DNA of 64,000 nucleotides from Candidatus Woesebacteria bacterium (GCA_050123235.1 JASFHL010000003.1:50077-114076), one strand, 5' to 3'. Positions 31,576-41,357 are shown, counted from the first letter of the stretch. Translations and numbers: made by a program. Notes: generated by a model from the letters alone, not told the origin.

Positions 31576-32343
31576 GTGTTAAAACAAAAATTCTATAATC
31601 GCTACCACTTGAAAAATAAAAAGTTTAGCAAAGTGATTGGCAAAAATAACTTTACCTATTTTTATTTACAAGAATTAATCGCTAGTGCCAGTCAAAGCTT
31701 GGGTCAATTAAAAAATAAACATGTCTTAGATGTAGGTTGTGGCGTGGGTAGTCTGTCACTTTATTTAACTAAACTGGGCGCAAAGGTGGATGGCATTGAT
31801 ATCTCTTCACGAGCTATTAAGATTGCCCAAGCTGCACAAAAAGCTATTATGAGCATTGGCTCAAAGCAAGAAAAGCAAAAATTTAAAAATCTCAATTTTA
31901 AATGCCTCGAATTAAAAAAGGGACGAGCCAACTATGATTTAATTATTTGTAGTGAAGTGATAGAGCATATTCCTGATGATCAGGACTTTTTACTTAAACT
32001 AAATAGCCATTTGAAAAAAGACGGTTTGCTAATTCTAACTACGCCCTCTCCAAATAATTTCTTTTATAAACTAGGACTATTAAATAGTTTTGATCAAAGT
32101 GTAGGGCATCTTAGAAGATATAGTGAATCTGAGTTACGCCAGCTACTTGCAAAAACAAGTTTTGATTTAATTTCGATTAGAGAAAAAGAAGGGCCAATTA
32201 GAACCATACTTTTTACTAGCAAACTAGGATGCTTGATTCGTTTTATTAAAGGGCCACTAGTGCTGATTTTTCATTGCTTTGATGATTTACTGGCTAAGCT
32301 AGTGGGTGCTAATGATTGGCAGCTGCTGGTCAAAAAACAATAA
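31576..32343 (+). CDS. Class I SAM-dependent methyltransferase
   Basis: VLDVGCGVG, DLIICSEVIEHI, GHLRRYS. Confidence 0.9.
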   Translation: MLKQKFYNRYHLKNKKFSKVIGKNNFTYFYLQELIASASQSLGQLKNKHVLDVGCGVGSLSLYLTKLGAKVDGIDISSRAIKIAQAAQKAIMSIGSKQEKQKFKNLNFKCLELKKGRANYDLIICSEVIEHIPDDQDFLLKLNSHLKKDGLLILTTPSPNNFFYKLGLLNSFDQSVGHLRRYSESELRQLLAKTSFDLISIREKEGPIRTILFTSKLGCLIRFIKGPLVLIFHCFDDLLAKLVGANDWQLLVKKQ

Positions 32344-32350
32344 AAAAACA

Positions 32351-32380
32351 AAAAACCCGACTTTAGTCGGGATCTTTGTT
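32351..32380 (+). terminator. Hairpin, probable terminator
   Basis: cccgact-tt-agtcggg flanked by A- and T-rich runs after the methyltransferase stop. Confidence 0.5.
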
Positions 32381-32475
32381 CGACCTGCAGACTTTCGTCT
32401 GTAGCTGACTCTAAGATATGCTCTTTATAGCATTAATCAAAATTTAATTCAAGATTCAGTTTACTAAAAAAATTG

Positions 32476-32544
32476 TGGAGATGAGGGGTTTCGAACCCCC
32501 AGGCCGAATTTCTTAGAGTCGGCTCCGCACCAAGCGGCATCCCC
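32476..32544 (-). ncRNA. Non-canonical tRNA-like gene (69 nt, G3:U70 acceptor)
   Basis: GGGGAUG/CAUCUCC-A acceptor, CCGC-UUGGU-GCGG D-arm, GCCGA...UCGGC arm, GGGGG-UUCGAAA-CCCCU T-arm; no encoded CCA. Confidence 0.65.
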
Positions 32545-32932
32545 ACAATTTGTTTATCTTATTAGCTAATCCTTACAAGAACTGTAATTTTTAATGAAGA
32601 TAATCTTAAGCTCAGTTTAAGATTATCTTTTATGTAAATTAATTTTCACGTAACTTTTCACCAGAGGAAAGATTATTTTTATAAAATTTTATTAGTTTAA
32701 AATCAGAATCAGCTAAGTTTATTAATTTTCTATAAAATGAAAAGCCTAATATTTTTCTTATTAATCTTAATTAAAACTATTTTTAAAATTTAATAAAGCA
32801 ATTTTGCTTTTGAGAATTAGATTTTAACGATGAATTTTAGCAGTATAATTTAAGCTTTTTTATTTTTAGCTTTATTTAATCTTCAGAGAAAAAATTTTCT
32901 AAAATAAAATAAAGAATATATATCCTATAATA

Positions 32933-32961
32933 TTGACTTTTCAGATATTTAACGATATAAT
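32933..32961 (+). promoter_or_regulatory. sigma70 promoter of GC-rich module 1
   Basis: TTGACT-17 bp-TATAAT. Confidence 0.75.
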
Positions 32962-33217
32962 AAATACATATTTGCTGCCGACAGTTTTGACACGTTTTAA
33001 AAATAGATTTTAGGTGACTACTTTTAAGCTTAGTAGCACACCTTTAAAAAAATCTAAATTTTGAAACAACAAAAATCAAAACCCAGTCGGCAACAAATTG
33101 GTAAATTTTTTAGAGTTTGGAAATTAGCTTTCAAACTTTTTTGCTATCAAACGCAAATGTTTCACAAAACCTAAGATCAGCTTTCAGCTGTTTACGGCAA
33201 AGTGAAGTAAAAGAATT

Positions 33218-33229
33218 TGCTCTTTAACA
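33218..33229 (+). promoter_or_regulatory. boxA antitermination motif
   Basis: TGCTCTTTAACA equals the classical rrn boxA consensus. A second copy sits at the equivalent position of module 2. Confidence 0.7.
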
Positions 33230-33355
33230 GTTCAAGCACAAAAATATTACACAATCTAAGACTGTGTGATTAACGGCAAAATTAAAATTATTAGTGGCAA
33301 AAAATAGTTGCTAAAAAAGTGACGGTAACGTTGACAAAATAATTTTGCAAGTAAA

Positions 33356-33729
33356 TTGCGTAGAGCGGTAGGGAGATAATGATCTCTCTAATTCAGGAAG
33401 ATTAAATATTTGATAGATTAAAATTGAAATATAGCCATAGCTAACTCCACTTTTACTAAAGATAAATATTGCAGTCGTTCGCTGCAACATTTCATTTATT
33501 TTTAAAATACAAGGCTCACTCGGTGAAGCTCGGCAGTATATTGATTGCTAGATCAAGCCTAGCCAGACCTCGCTTCAACACTCCAATATTTATCTTTAGT
33601 AAATGTTACGATTTAGCTTTAAGGCTTTTATTATAAGTAAATAGTAAAGGAATCAAATATTTAATCTTCCTGAATTAGGATCAGCATTGATCTCGCTTTT
33701 TAGGGTTATCTCTCTCCTGCTCTACGCAA
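33356..33729. repeat. Nested long hairpin containing family A element copy 1
   Basis: Arms 33356-33379/33706-33729, 33388-33414/33652-33678 (27 bp perfect), 33452-33471/33584-33603 (20 bp perfect). Core shared with 46892 and 49147. Confidence 0.9.
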
Positions 33730-34334
33730 GGCTGGGTTTCTCTGTAATCTGTGGATTATTTCACAGAAAACAGGGACTCCACCCGGCTGTAGGTAAAATT
33801 TGAGGATGGCCTGAAAGTCAATGCTGATGACCCTAGTGGTTAAAAGCAAAGGCTGAGGGCAGAACTCAAGTTTTGCTGAAAAATCTAGCGAGCGGCTTGG
33901 CACAAAGCTTCGGCTACGTGCTGGCTGGGCTTAGCTAGATAAACTTGCAAAAAGCAGATAGTTTCTGAAGAAACTGATTCCCGACTGAAACAAAAAGCGA
34001 ACTGCCTATCAAAAAAGATAGGGCAGGCAAAGCGAGCACACTGGCGAGGAAAGTCCGACCGTAGGTTGGGACGAAACTTGGCAGTCACTGTTCGTGGGGA
34101 AGCGCGCTTTGGGGTGTAGAAGTCTTATGCCCCGTGTGGAAGTTTGGGAGGAGGTTTCTAGGAAGCTGTCCTCATCCGCCGGCTCAGGGTTGTGGAGACC
34201 TGAGCGTTCACACCAAAGCTGGGCTTTGGCCTAGTGGAGGGATCCCAAGGAGGTGGTTTTTTGGGAGGAAGAAGCAAAGAGGAAAAGCTGGAAAACCGGA
34301 TTCAATCAGATAAAAAAAACGAGGTAAATTTACG

Positions 34335-36485
34335 ATGAAGAATTACTTTATTCCAGGGATTTTGGTCCTGTTGCTGGCGGGCGTTTTGTTCGCTGCCAGC
34401 CAGGGTAACGAAGGGCTGGCGCAGGCCTCCGAAACAGCGCCTGAGGGGAACGCGAGTGCGGCAGTGGCGGCGGCCGACGATATCAATATGTTGTATGTCT
34501 GCCAAACGCCCCACTGTACCTACAATACAATCCAGGCGGCCGTGGACGCCGCGGCGCCCGGCCAGGAGATCTTGGTGGCTAGGGGCAATTACCTGGAGTT
34601 GACCGCGCGGCCCGTGGAAAACTGGGGTGTGACGGCCACGGTGACCTCCACGCTACACCTGACGAAGGTGGTGAAAATTTATGGTGGCTGGAACAGCGAC
34701 TTTACGGAGCGCGACCCAGAGGCCTACGTCACCCAACTTGCCCCGCCCGAGGGCAACGGTCGCTGCGCCTTTATTGCGGCCGATGCCGTCATCGACGGCG
34801 TCAAGTGCAGTGGGGGCCACGCTAGCGACAACAATGGCCCCCCCGGGATCCAGGGCAACGGCGGCGGCATCCTGGTGTGGGGCGCAAGCCCCACGCTGCG
34901 CGACATCAACATAGAGATGCCCAGCGCCGATTACGGTGGGGGCATCTACCTCTACGCCAGCGAGGCGAGACTGGAAAACCTGAATATCCGCGGCGGCATC
35001 GCAACATACCAGGGAGGCGGGCTGTACCTCGCCTACAGCAGCCCGCGGGTAGATGGCTTGGTGCTGATCGGTAACACCGCCCCGGAAGGCGGTGGTGCGT
35101 ACCTATACCACAGCAGCGGCAGCACGTTCGACAGCCTCATCGCCCAGAGCAACATGGGCGAGTGGGGCGGGGGCCTGTACCTGAACACCAGCAACGATGT
35201 CGCCATTGAGGACTGCACCGTCGAGAACAACACCGCCAGTGGCGAAGGCGGGGGGATGTATGTGAGCAACAGCCGGCGGTTGGCCATGGATCGCTGCGTC
35301 ATCAAGCGCAACCTGTCCTACAACAACGGCGGCGGCATGTACATCACCAGCGACTCCAACGCAGAACTGATCAACGTAGCCGGCCTGGCCAACAGCGCAG
35401 GCTGGGGGTCGTACTTATACGTTATCAGCAGCACGAGCATGTTGCTGCACAACAACGTCATCAGCAATAGTGGGAGCGCCGTATGGGTAACCGGCGAGGG
35501 TATCGCCCTGTTGGGCAACGCCATCATCGCCAACAACGAGGTCGGCGTCTACGTCGACAACGGTGTAGCGGCTATCGAACACGGCGTGTGGTTCAGTAAC
35601 ACTATGGACCACCAGGGCGCACAACTCGAACCCGGCGGCAACTGGTTCGAAGACCCTGGCTTGTCGGCCGATGGGATCCACCTGACCGGGGTCATGACGC
35701 CCGCGATCGACACGGGCAAGGACTATGTCGTCAACGACGACATCGACGGCGAGATCCGCCCTACTGGCAGCGCGCCAGACATCGGGGTAGACGAGTACGG
35801 CGGTGAGCTGCCGTGCGCAGCGATCACCGTTGCCAAAATCATCTCGGGGCCGACCGAGCCGGTCATCTCCGGCACGCTCTTCAGCGTGACCGGGGTCTTC
35901 ACGCAAAGCGGCCCCAGTCGCCCTGTCACCATCACCTGGACGCCGATGGAATTCGTCGTAGGCGGGCAAGGCACGCTGCAGGCCTGGTTCAAAATCGACG
36001 TGGTCTATAATGACCACCCGGTCATCCTGCAGGTGGCAAACAACTGCGGGGACGCCGGGTCCGATGAATGGCTGGTGGAGGTCATCGAGGAGCCCGAACC
36101 CCCGGTCTGCACGCCCGTGACGGAAGTGGAGCTGAAAACGCCTACGCTCATCTTCACTGGCACCACGTACTACCTGCAAGCCAGCGCACAACCCTTCAGC
36201 GCCACTGGGGATTTCACTTTTACGTGGTCCACCCCTGGCAACACATACGGCGAGACGGCCGTTCACAGCATGGGGAGCTTTATGATCAGCGACTTGGAAG
36301 TGCGGTATGACACGCCCGGGCCCAAGTCCGTCAGCGTGATGGTAGAGGGTGGCTGCGAGGAGCAAGACGTATGGCCCGTCAGCTTTGCCACCATCAATGT
36401 CGCGGCTGAGAGGCATGAGCTGAACCTGCCGTTTGTCTTGAAAAACTACAGCGGCTGCCAGGGCACTCTCTGCCTCGAAAAGTAG
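34335..36485 (+). CDS. GC-rich secreted right-handed beta-helix protein with anchor-like and PKD/Ig-like domains
   Basis: Signal peptide, YNTIQAAVDAA, repeated GGG(I/L/M)Y, PAIDTG...DIDGEIRP...PDIGVDEY, C-terminal LNLPFVLKNY; GAGGT SD; GC far above background. Confidence 0.85.
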   Translation: MKNYFIPGILVLLLAGVLFAASQGNEGLAQASETAPEGNASAAVAAADDINMLYVCQTPHCTYNTIQAAVDAAAPGQEILVARGNYLELTARPVENWGVTATVTSTLHLTKVVKIYGGWNSDFTERDPEAYVTQLAPPEGNGRCAFIAADAVIDGVKCSGGHASDNNGPPGIQGNGGGILVWGASPTLRDINIEMPSADYGGGIYLYASEARLENLNIRGGIATYQGGGLYLAYSSPRVDGLVLIGNTAPEGGGAYLYHSSGSTFDSLIAQSNMGEWGGGLYLNTSNDVAIEDCTVENNTASGEGGGMYVSNSRRLAMDRCVIKRNLSYNNGGGMYITSDSNAELINVAGLANSAGWGSYLYVISSTSMLLHNNVISNSGSAVWVTGEGIALLGNAIIANNEVGVYVDNGVAAIEHGVWFSNTMDHQGAQLEPGGNWFEDPGLSADGIHLTGVMTPAIDTGKDYVVNDDIDGEIRPTGSAPDIGVDEYGGELPCAAITVAKIISGPTEPVISGTLFSVTGVFTQSGPSRPVTITWTPMEFVVGGQGTLQAWFKIDVVYNDHPVILQVANNCGDAGSDEWLVEVIEEPEPPVCTPVTEVELKTPTLIFTGTTYYLQASAQPFSATGDFTFTWSTPGNTYGETAVHSMGSFMISDLEVRYDTPGPKSVSVMVEGGCEEQDVWPVSFATINVAAERHELNLPFVLKNYSGCQGTLCLEK

Positions 36486-36523
36486 GATCATCTGTACCGT
36501 AGTAGTGCTTGAACTCTAGACTT

Positions 36524-36566
36524 TGGGCCCGGCGCGCTTTTGCGCGACGGGCCCATTTTCATTTTT
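36524..36566 (+). terminator. Rho-independent terminator closing module 1
   Basis: tgggcccggcgcgc-tttt-gcgcgacgggccca followed by ttttcattttt. Confidence 0.8.
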
Positions 36567-36623
36567 CTTCAAAATCCATTTATTATCTTATTAAAGCTAG
36601 TAGTTAAAAACTATCCTATAATA

Positions 36624-36652
36624 TTGACAGTCGCATTCCAACTTGATATAAT
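36624..36652 (+). promoter_or_regulatory. sigma70 promoter of rmlD
   Basis: TTGACA-17 bp-TATAAT, 10 bp before the ATG at 36663. Confidence 0.75.
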
Positions 36653-36662
36653 TTTATATAGT

Positions 36663-37604
36663 ATGAAAAATAAAATCTTAGTTACTGGCGGCAGTGGCAT
36701 GGTTGGCAATTACTTTGCTGGAGATAAACGCTGTCTAGTCTTAGGCCATGATCAATTGGATATCACTAAGCCAAGCCAAATCAAAAAAATTATCAAAAAA
36801 TATTCACCCAGAGCTATTGTCCATCTAGCAGCTATTACCAATGTCGATTGGGCTGAGAGCCATCCTGGTCAAACTTTTGCTGTCAACAGTGTAGGCACTT
36901 ACAATTTAGCTCAGTTAGCTAAAAGACATAATCTACATCTAGTCTATGTTAGTACTGGTGCAGTTTTCGCTGGCCAGGCTAAAAAACCATATACCACCGA
37001 TTCCAAACCTAAACCTCGTAGTATTTATGCCAAATCTAAAAGAATGGGCGAAGTATTTGTCAAAAACATCTGCCCTAAATATTCCATTGTCAGAACTGGC
37101 TGGGTGTTTGGAGGTTTTAATAAAGATAAAAAATTTGTAGCTGCCATTGCTAAGCAAATCTGGGATGGTGTTAGAAAACTAAAAGCTGTTGATGATAGCT
37201 TTGGTTGCCCTACTTATGGGAAAGATCTCAAAAACGCCATTCTTGATTTAATTGACAAAGAAAAATATGGTCTTTTCCATGCTGTTAACCGCGGTTTTGC
37301 TTCTAGATATACCGTTGCTAAAGAAATTGTTAAAAATCTAGGTGAAAAAACAAAAGTTTATCGAGCTAAAAGCAGTGATTTTCCAAGCTTTATTGCTCCT
37401 AGACCCAAATTTGAAGTTATAGCTCAAAATCTCAAACTCAGAAGCTGGAAATCAGCTTTAAGAGAATATCTCACTGATTGGCAAGATTTAAAAAAACCTA
37501 AATCAAAAAAGAAATCATTGCTTCTTAAAGTAAGTAAAAAAGAGCTTAGTAGCGCCTACTATCAAAAGGCCAGCCAAAAGAAGGTAGCCCAAAAAGTTAA
37601 GTAA
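36663..37604 (+). CDS. rmlD: dTDP-4-dehydrorhamnose reductase
   Basis: ILVTGGSGMVG, LDIT, HLAAITNVD, YAKSK, GCPTYGKDL; start set at MKNKIL. Confidence 0.88.
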   Translation: MKNKILVTGGSGMVGNYFAGDKRCLVLGHDQLDITKPSQIKKIIKKYSPRAIVHLAAITNVDWAESHPGQTFAVNSVGTYNLAQLAKRHNLHLVYVSTGAVFAGQAKKPYTTDSKPKPRSIYAKSKRMGEVFVKNICPKYSIVRTGWVFGGFNKDKKFVAAIAKQIWDGVRKLKAVDDSFGCPTYGKDLKNAILDLIDKEKYGLFHAVNRGFASRYTVAKEIVKNLGEKTKVYRAKSSDFPSFIAPRPKFEVIAQNLKLRSWKSALREYLTDWQDLKKPKSKKKSLLLKVSKKELSSAYYQKASQKKVAQKVK

Positions 37605-40600
37605 TTGCGGCCAATAAATAATCAGCAGTTCTAATTCTTCACCCTGAGGCAAAATCCAAGCATTGGCCCAACCGTTATATTGCCAATGTGCTAAAGTCTT
37701 CCATAACTTTGGTTTAATAAAAGCTATCCAGCCTCTATCAAAAGCCTGCGGTAAGACTAATAGGCCTTGCTCACTAGATACCTTTATTTTAGCAGCATAA
37801 AAACTAGTACCCCATTTTTTCTGGCTAATTAATTCTGTATCAAAGTTAAGCTTGCTTTGCTCATCTTGGGAATAAATAGAACTTAACCAGGAAAGTGGCG
37901 CAGTGATAAACTCTGAGCGCTCTACTTGAATAATATTTTCTTCTTTACCATAACTCTCAGCACTTAAATTGAGCAAAAAGAAGCCTTTTTTTGCTGAATT
38001 ATTCTTAGAAGGATAAACTGGAAAAAATAAGTTAAAAGCACCATCAGGAGTCATAGCTTCTATATCAGCCCTTTTGGTGAGTGGATTAATCAAAGATAGG
38101 CTAAGACCAACACCTTGACTATTTTCCCCTTTCAAGTGGTATAAATACTCCAATTCAAAATCTAGGCTCGGGTAAATTAAATTCTCGCATAAAATAGCCT
38201 GGTCTTTAGCCCAATATTCAATTCCATTAGCTAAAACCTTTTTCTTTACCTCTCCCTTTTCTTCAAAAGCGCAATTTTTGGCTGCTAGCTCGCGCCCTGT
38301 TTCTTCTTGCCAAGATTTATCAACAACAAAGGCTTTATTTTGACCATAAGGAATAGCTATTGCTAATTCATTATTTTGTTCAAGATCCAAATTTTGCAAT
38401 TTTTGATCAAAGTTTGCTAACTTTTGCTGGATATCTAATTTAAACTCATCTACTAAAGCAAAGTAAAAAACTAAGACATCATCATATTCAATTGATTGAG
38501 GCGTGTCTTTTTCAGTATTTTTGCTTTTGAGATAAACTTCATAATTTTTGCTCAAGTCAATAGCTGCAAATTCTGATACAGACTGCCATTGCTCGCTAGG
38601 TAAAATATAATTTGTATTTTTTGAATTTTCACATTCTTTGCTTGAATCTAATTGATGGATACAAATCTGTGGATACAAATCATCATCTGTTCTGAAACGG
38701 CTAGTGACTGCTACCAAATACTGCCCCTGTCTGTAAGGAAAGCCACCACTGGCTAAGTTGAATTTGACACAAGCATCAGCATTAAATGATGCCAGATGAA
38801 TAGAATCTGCTTTTTTACTAACACTGTGTGTCCTTGTCCAATTTGTCCAACAAGAATCAAGTTCTTTTTCTTTTAAGAACTCAGTAAAATCCTCGCCAGC
38901 AACACTGCTGGTTTGGAAAACTTTTAATTTAGCTTCTTCTTTACTTGATAAAGAAAAACGTCTAATTATTTTTTCTTTCTCTGACAACTCATTAAGATCC
39001 AAATGGATGATATTTTCACCAATTGAAATCAATAATTCCTCTTGACCATTAATTTTTAAGGTCACTGTTTCACTGCTACTAATATTTAAAAGTTCTCGAT
39101 TGCCTTGATAAAGTTGTGGCAATTGTAAGTCAATAGTTAATTCTAAATTATTGTTTTCTTGGCTGGCTAATAAAGCAGCTGGTATTTTAGAAGTTTTACT
39201 TGAAAAAGTAGGGAAAGTTAAAGCTTGCTTTGTTTTTAACTTCAAAGGGATTAATAAGGCACTATCTTTGACTTCAAAGTCAGCCACTGATAACTCTTCT
39301 TTTTGTAAAGCAGAAAATAGATAAGTAATCCCCTGAACTGACTTTTGTAAATAAGGGCCGTGGTCTAGATAAGCTTGATCTTTGCTGGTGTAATCCACAT
39401 GGTAATTCACATCTACTAAAATTACTTCTTTTGGGGTCTCTAAAGATAAATTTTTGCCTTGATTATCAATGCTGTAAAGCTCTAAATTCTTGAATGATTG
39501 CTCTTTTCTAATCGTTGGCAGTTGCTCAAAAAAATCATCAGTCTCTTGAGCAAATCTAGCCTCTACATAACTACCGGGATTAAAAACTGAGCGGTCTAAT
39601 AAAATTAAGTTTGTATGATATTTTTCAAAAGTTTTCTGAAAAGCTGCTTCATCTAGGCTATATAAGGCCCTATTCATTTGCAGAAATGCAGTTTCGTTCT
39701 TTTTACTCCAAGGATCAAAAGAACGATGATGCATTGCTTGAGGAATTGCTTGCCAATCAAAACCAGAACCACGATAACCCCAATCATTAGTATTAGTTAG
39801 CCAACCCCAAAAAGAATGAATTGGAAAACTAGCAATGCGCGATTGCTGGTAATTTTTATCTAAAAATGAAAAAAGCTCAAAGTAATTCGCTGGTACTTTT
39901 ACTCTCAGCAATGGATAAAAAAACAAACCTTTAAAAGCAGGTGAGGCTAAAAATAAGATTAAAATAACAGCTGGTATCAAAAATATACTTGCCAAAAAGG
40001 AATAAAACTTAGATTGGGAAAAAGTTCTTATCAAGAATAAAGTTGTCACTGAAATTAAAATGCTGACTATCAAAGCATAGAGCAAAGCAAACTTGGTAAA
40101 AGTAAAACGAAAAATCTGAGCAAAAAAGGGCACAGTATTTCTCAGAAAAGATGAAATTGAGCCAATAATTGGAATATTTGTCCCTAGCATTAATAAAGCT
40201 AAAGCCCAAATGACTATTAAGGATAAGGGCAAGGCTTTATTCTTTTTCTTAATCAGTGAATAAGAAAGAATAACAATTCCCAATAAAGATAAGACTGTAA
40301 AAAAAATAGCTATTAATTGGTAAGGGCTAGATTGATAAAACTCAAGCCATTCTTTCATAATTGGCCTGAATTGTTTTTCTTCTGGATGCCAATCATAAAA
40401 ACCAAGATGCATACCGCCAAATTTGGCTATTGAAGCTAGATCACCCCAGCGATGACTGCGGTAAAAAATACCTTCAGTAGAAAAGCGATTTTGTTTGGCA
40501 TTGGTGATTTCAGCTGATTTACTTAAGGCTGAATAAACATAAGGTAAGCCCCAAAAAGAATGTACTAGAATTAAAGTCAAGCCTGCAATCAGAACTCTCT

Positions 40601-41357
40601 TGAGTTTATCTTTATTAAGTTTAGAAAAAAGATTAAAAAATAAAATAATAGCCATTACCAATGCATAAGGAATGAAAATAGTGGGCACATGAGCTTGAGA
40701 AACTCCTAATAAATTGAGTAAAATCAAAAAAAAGAGTGCGGAATAGTTTCCCAGACGCAAATAACGCCGTAAAGCCCATATTCCCCAAGGAAAAACTGCA
40801 AAGTGAATCACAAACAACTCAAAAGCCAAGTGATACATTTGGATAGTCATTAGATTGAATTGATAAAATAAAGCGCCAATCAAAGCAGTGCCCATCAACA
40901 ATCGTTGAATTTTTTGATATTTACTATTGCTATGCAGACGATTAGCGATCTTAGTCGAGCTCGCACGCAGGTCTTTTTTCTTTTGAAGACTTAAAACAGC
41001 AGGTAAGATATCTCTATATAAAAGCAAATACATGCCTATCCCACCCAAAAGGTGAGTCAAAACAATAAAAATGTAGCGAAGACTGTTATTGGGAAAAATA
41101 AGAGACAATAAAAAAATATAAAGCCAATGCACTATGTTAGCGCTATGAGCTTGTCCATCAAGCGAGCCGAGACCGCGATATTCTTGCCATAAACTAAAAA
41201 TAATTCGTTTAAGGTTGAGTGAAAAATTAAATTCTGGGGTGGTCACATCCCAACCCAGCAGATACGTCTCCACACCATAATTGCTCAAAAACAAAAGCAA
41301 AGATAATATTGATAAAATTAAAATCGGCAGCAGATGAAATAGCTTTTTTGCTTTCAC
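37515..41357 (-). CDS. Large polytopic membrane protein (GT-C/YfhO-like) with big extracellular region
   Basis: Multiple N-terminal TMs; C-terminal LVLPQAFDRGW...NGWANAW...YWPQ plus TM. Confidence 0.7.
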   Translation of the reverse strand: MKAKKLFHLLPILILSILSLLLFLSNYGVETYLLGWDVTTPEFNFSLNLKRIIFSLWQEYRGLGSLDGQAHSANIVHWLYIFLLSLIFPNNSLRYIFIVLTHLLGGIGMYLLLYRDILPAVLSLQKKKDLRASSTKIANRLHSNSKYQKIQRLLMGTALIGALFYQFNLMTIQMYHLAFELFVIHFAVFPWGIWALRRYLRLGNYSALFFLILLNLLGVSQAHVPTIFIPYALVMAIILFFNLFSKLNKDKLKRVLIAGLTLILVHSFWGLPYVYSALSKSAEITNAKQNRFSTEGIFYRSHRWGDLASIAKFGGMHLGFYDWHPEEKQFRPIMKEWLEFYQSSPYQLIAIFFTVLSLLGIVILSYSLIKKKNKALPLSLIVIWALALLMLGTNIPIIGSISSFLRNTVPFFAQIFRFTFTKFALLYALIVSILISVTTLFLIRTFSQSKFYSFLASIFLIPAVILILFLASPAFKGLFFYPLLRVKVPANYFELFSFLDKNYQQSRIASFPIHSFWGWLTNTNDWGYRGSGFDWQAIPQAMHHRSFDPWSKKNETAFLQMNRALYSLDEAAFQKTFEKYHTNLILLDRSVFNPGSYVEARFAQETDDFFEQLPTIRKEQSFKNLELYSIDNQGKNLSLETPKEVILVDVNYHVDYTSKDQAYLDHGPYLQKSVQGITYLFSALQKEELSVADFEVKDSALLIPLKLKTKQALTFPTFSSKTSKIPAALLASQENNNLELTIDLQLPQLYQGNRELLNISSSETVTLKINGQEELLISIGENIIHLDLNELSEKEKIIRRFSLSSKEEAKLKVFQTSSVAGEDFTEFLKEKELDSCWTNWTRTHSVSKKADSIHLASFNADACVKFNLASGGFPYRQGQYLVAVTSRFRTDDDLYPQICIHQLDSSKECENSKNTNYILPSEQWQSVSEFAAIDLSKNYEVYLKSKNTEKDTPQSIEYDDVLVFYFALVDEFKLDIQQKLANFDQKLQNLDLEQNNELAIAIPYGQNKAFVVDKSWQEETGRELAAKNCAFEEKGEVKKKVLANGIEYWAKDQAILCENLIYPSLDFELEYLYHLKGENSQGVGLSLSLINPLTKRADIEAMTPDGAFNLFFPVYPSKNNSAKKGFFLLNLSAESYGKEENIIQVERSEFITAPLSWLSSIYSQDEQSKLNFDTELISQKKWGTSFYAAKIKVSSEQGLLVLPQAFDRGWIAFIKPKLWKTLAHWQYNGWANAWILPQGEELELLIIYWPQLLNFLGYLLLAGLLIVGATKLFFTYFKKQ

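Noticed and set aside
32476-32544. tRNA-Pyl/amber suppressor reading (CUCUAAG) or full tmRNA
   Set aside because: A CUA-centred 7-nt loop cannot be closed by the stem and no pyl genes are seen; it is far too short for tmRNA and has no tag ORF.
33800-33872. CUGAUGA hammerhead core at 33824
   Set aside because: The following stem is not followed by GAAA; core incomplete.
34046-34230. RNase P RNA (GAGGAAAGUCC)
   Set aside because: The matching 3' P4 strand and ACA.AA..CGGCUUA motif were not found downstream.
33218-34334. rRNA gene after boxA
   Set aside because: No 16S, 23S or 5S conserved motifs follow either boxA.
34302-36491. Alternative-frame and antisense ORFs in GC-rich module 1 (e.g. 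35415-36491 -)
   Set aside because: Expected stop-codon scarcity in high-GC DNA; the plus-strand gene has signal peptide, SD and domain motifs.
37515-37604. 90-bp convergent overlap of rmlD and the GT-C gene
   Set aside because: Lys-rich rmlD tail looks like simple stop-codon drift; no further signal.
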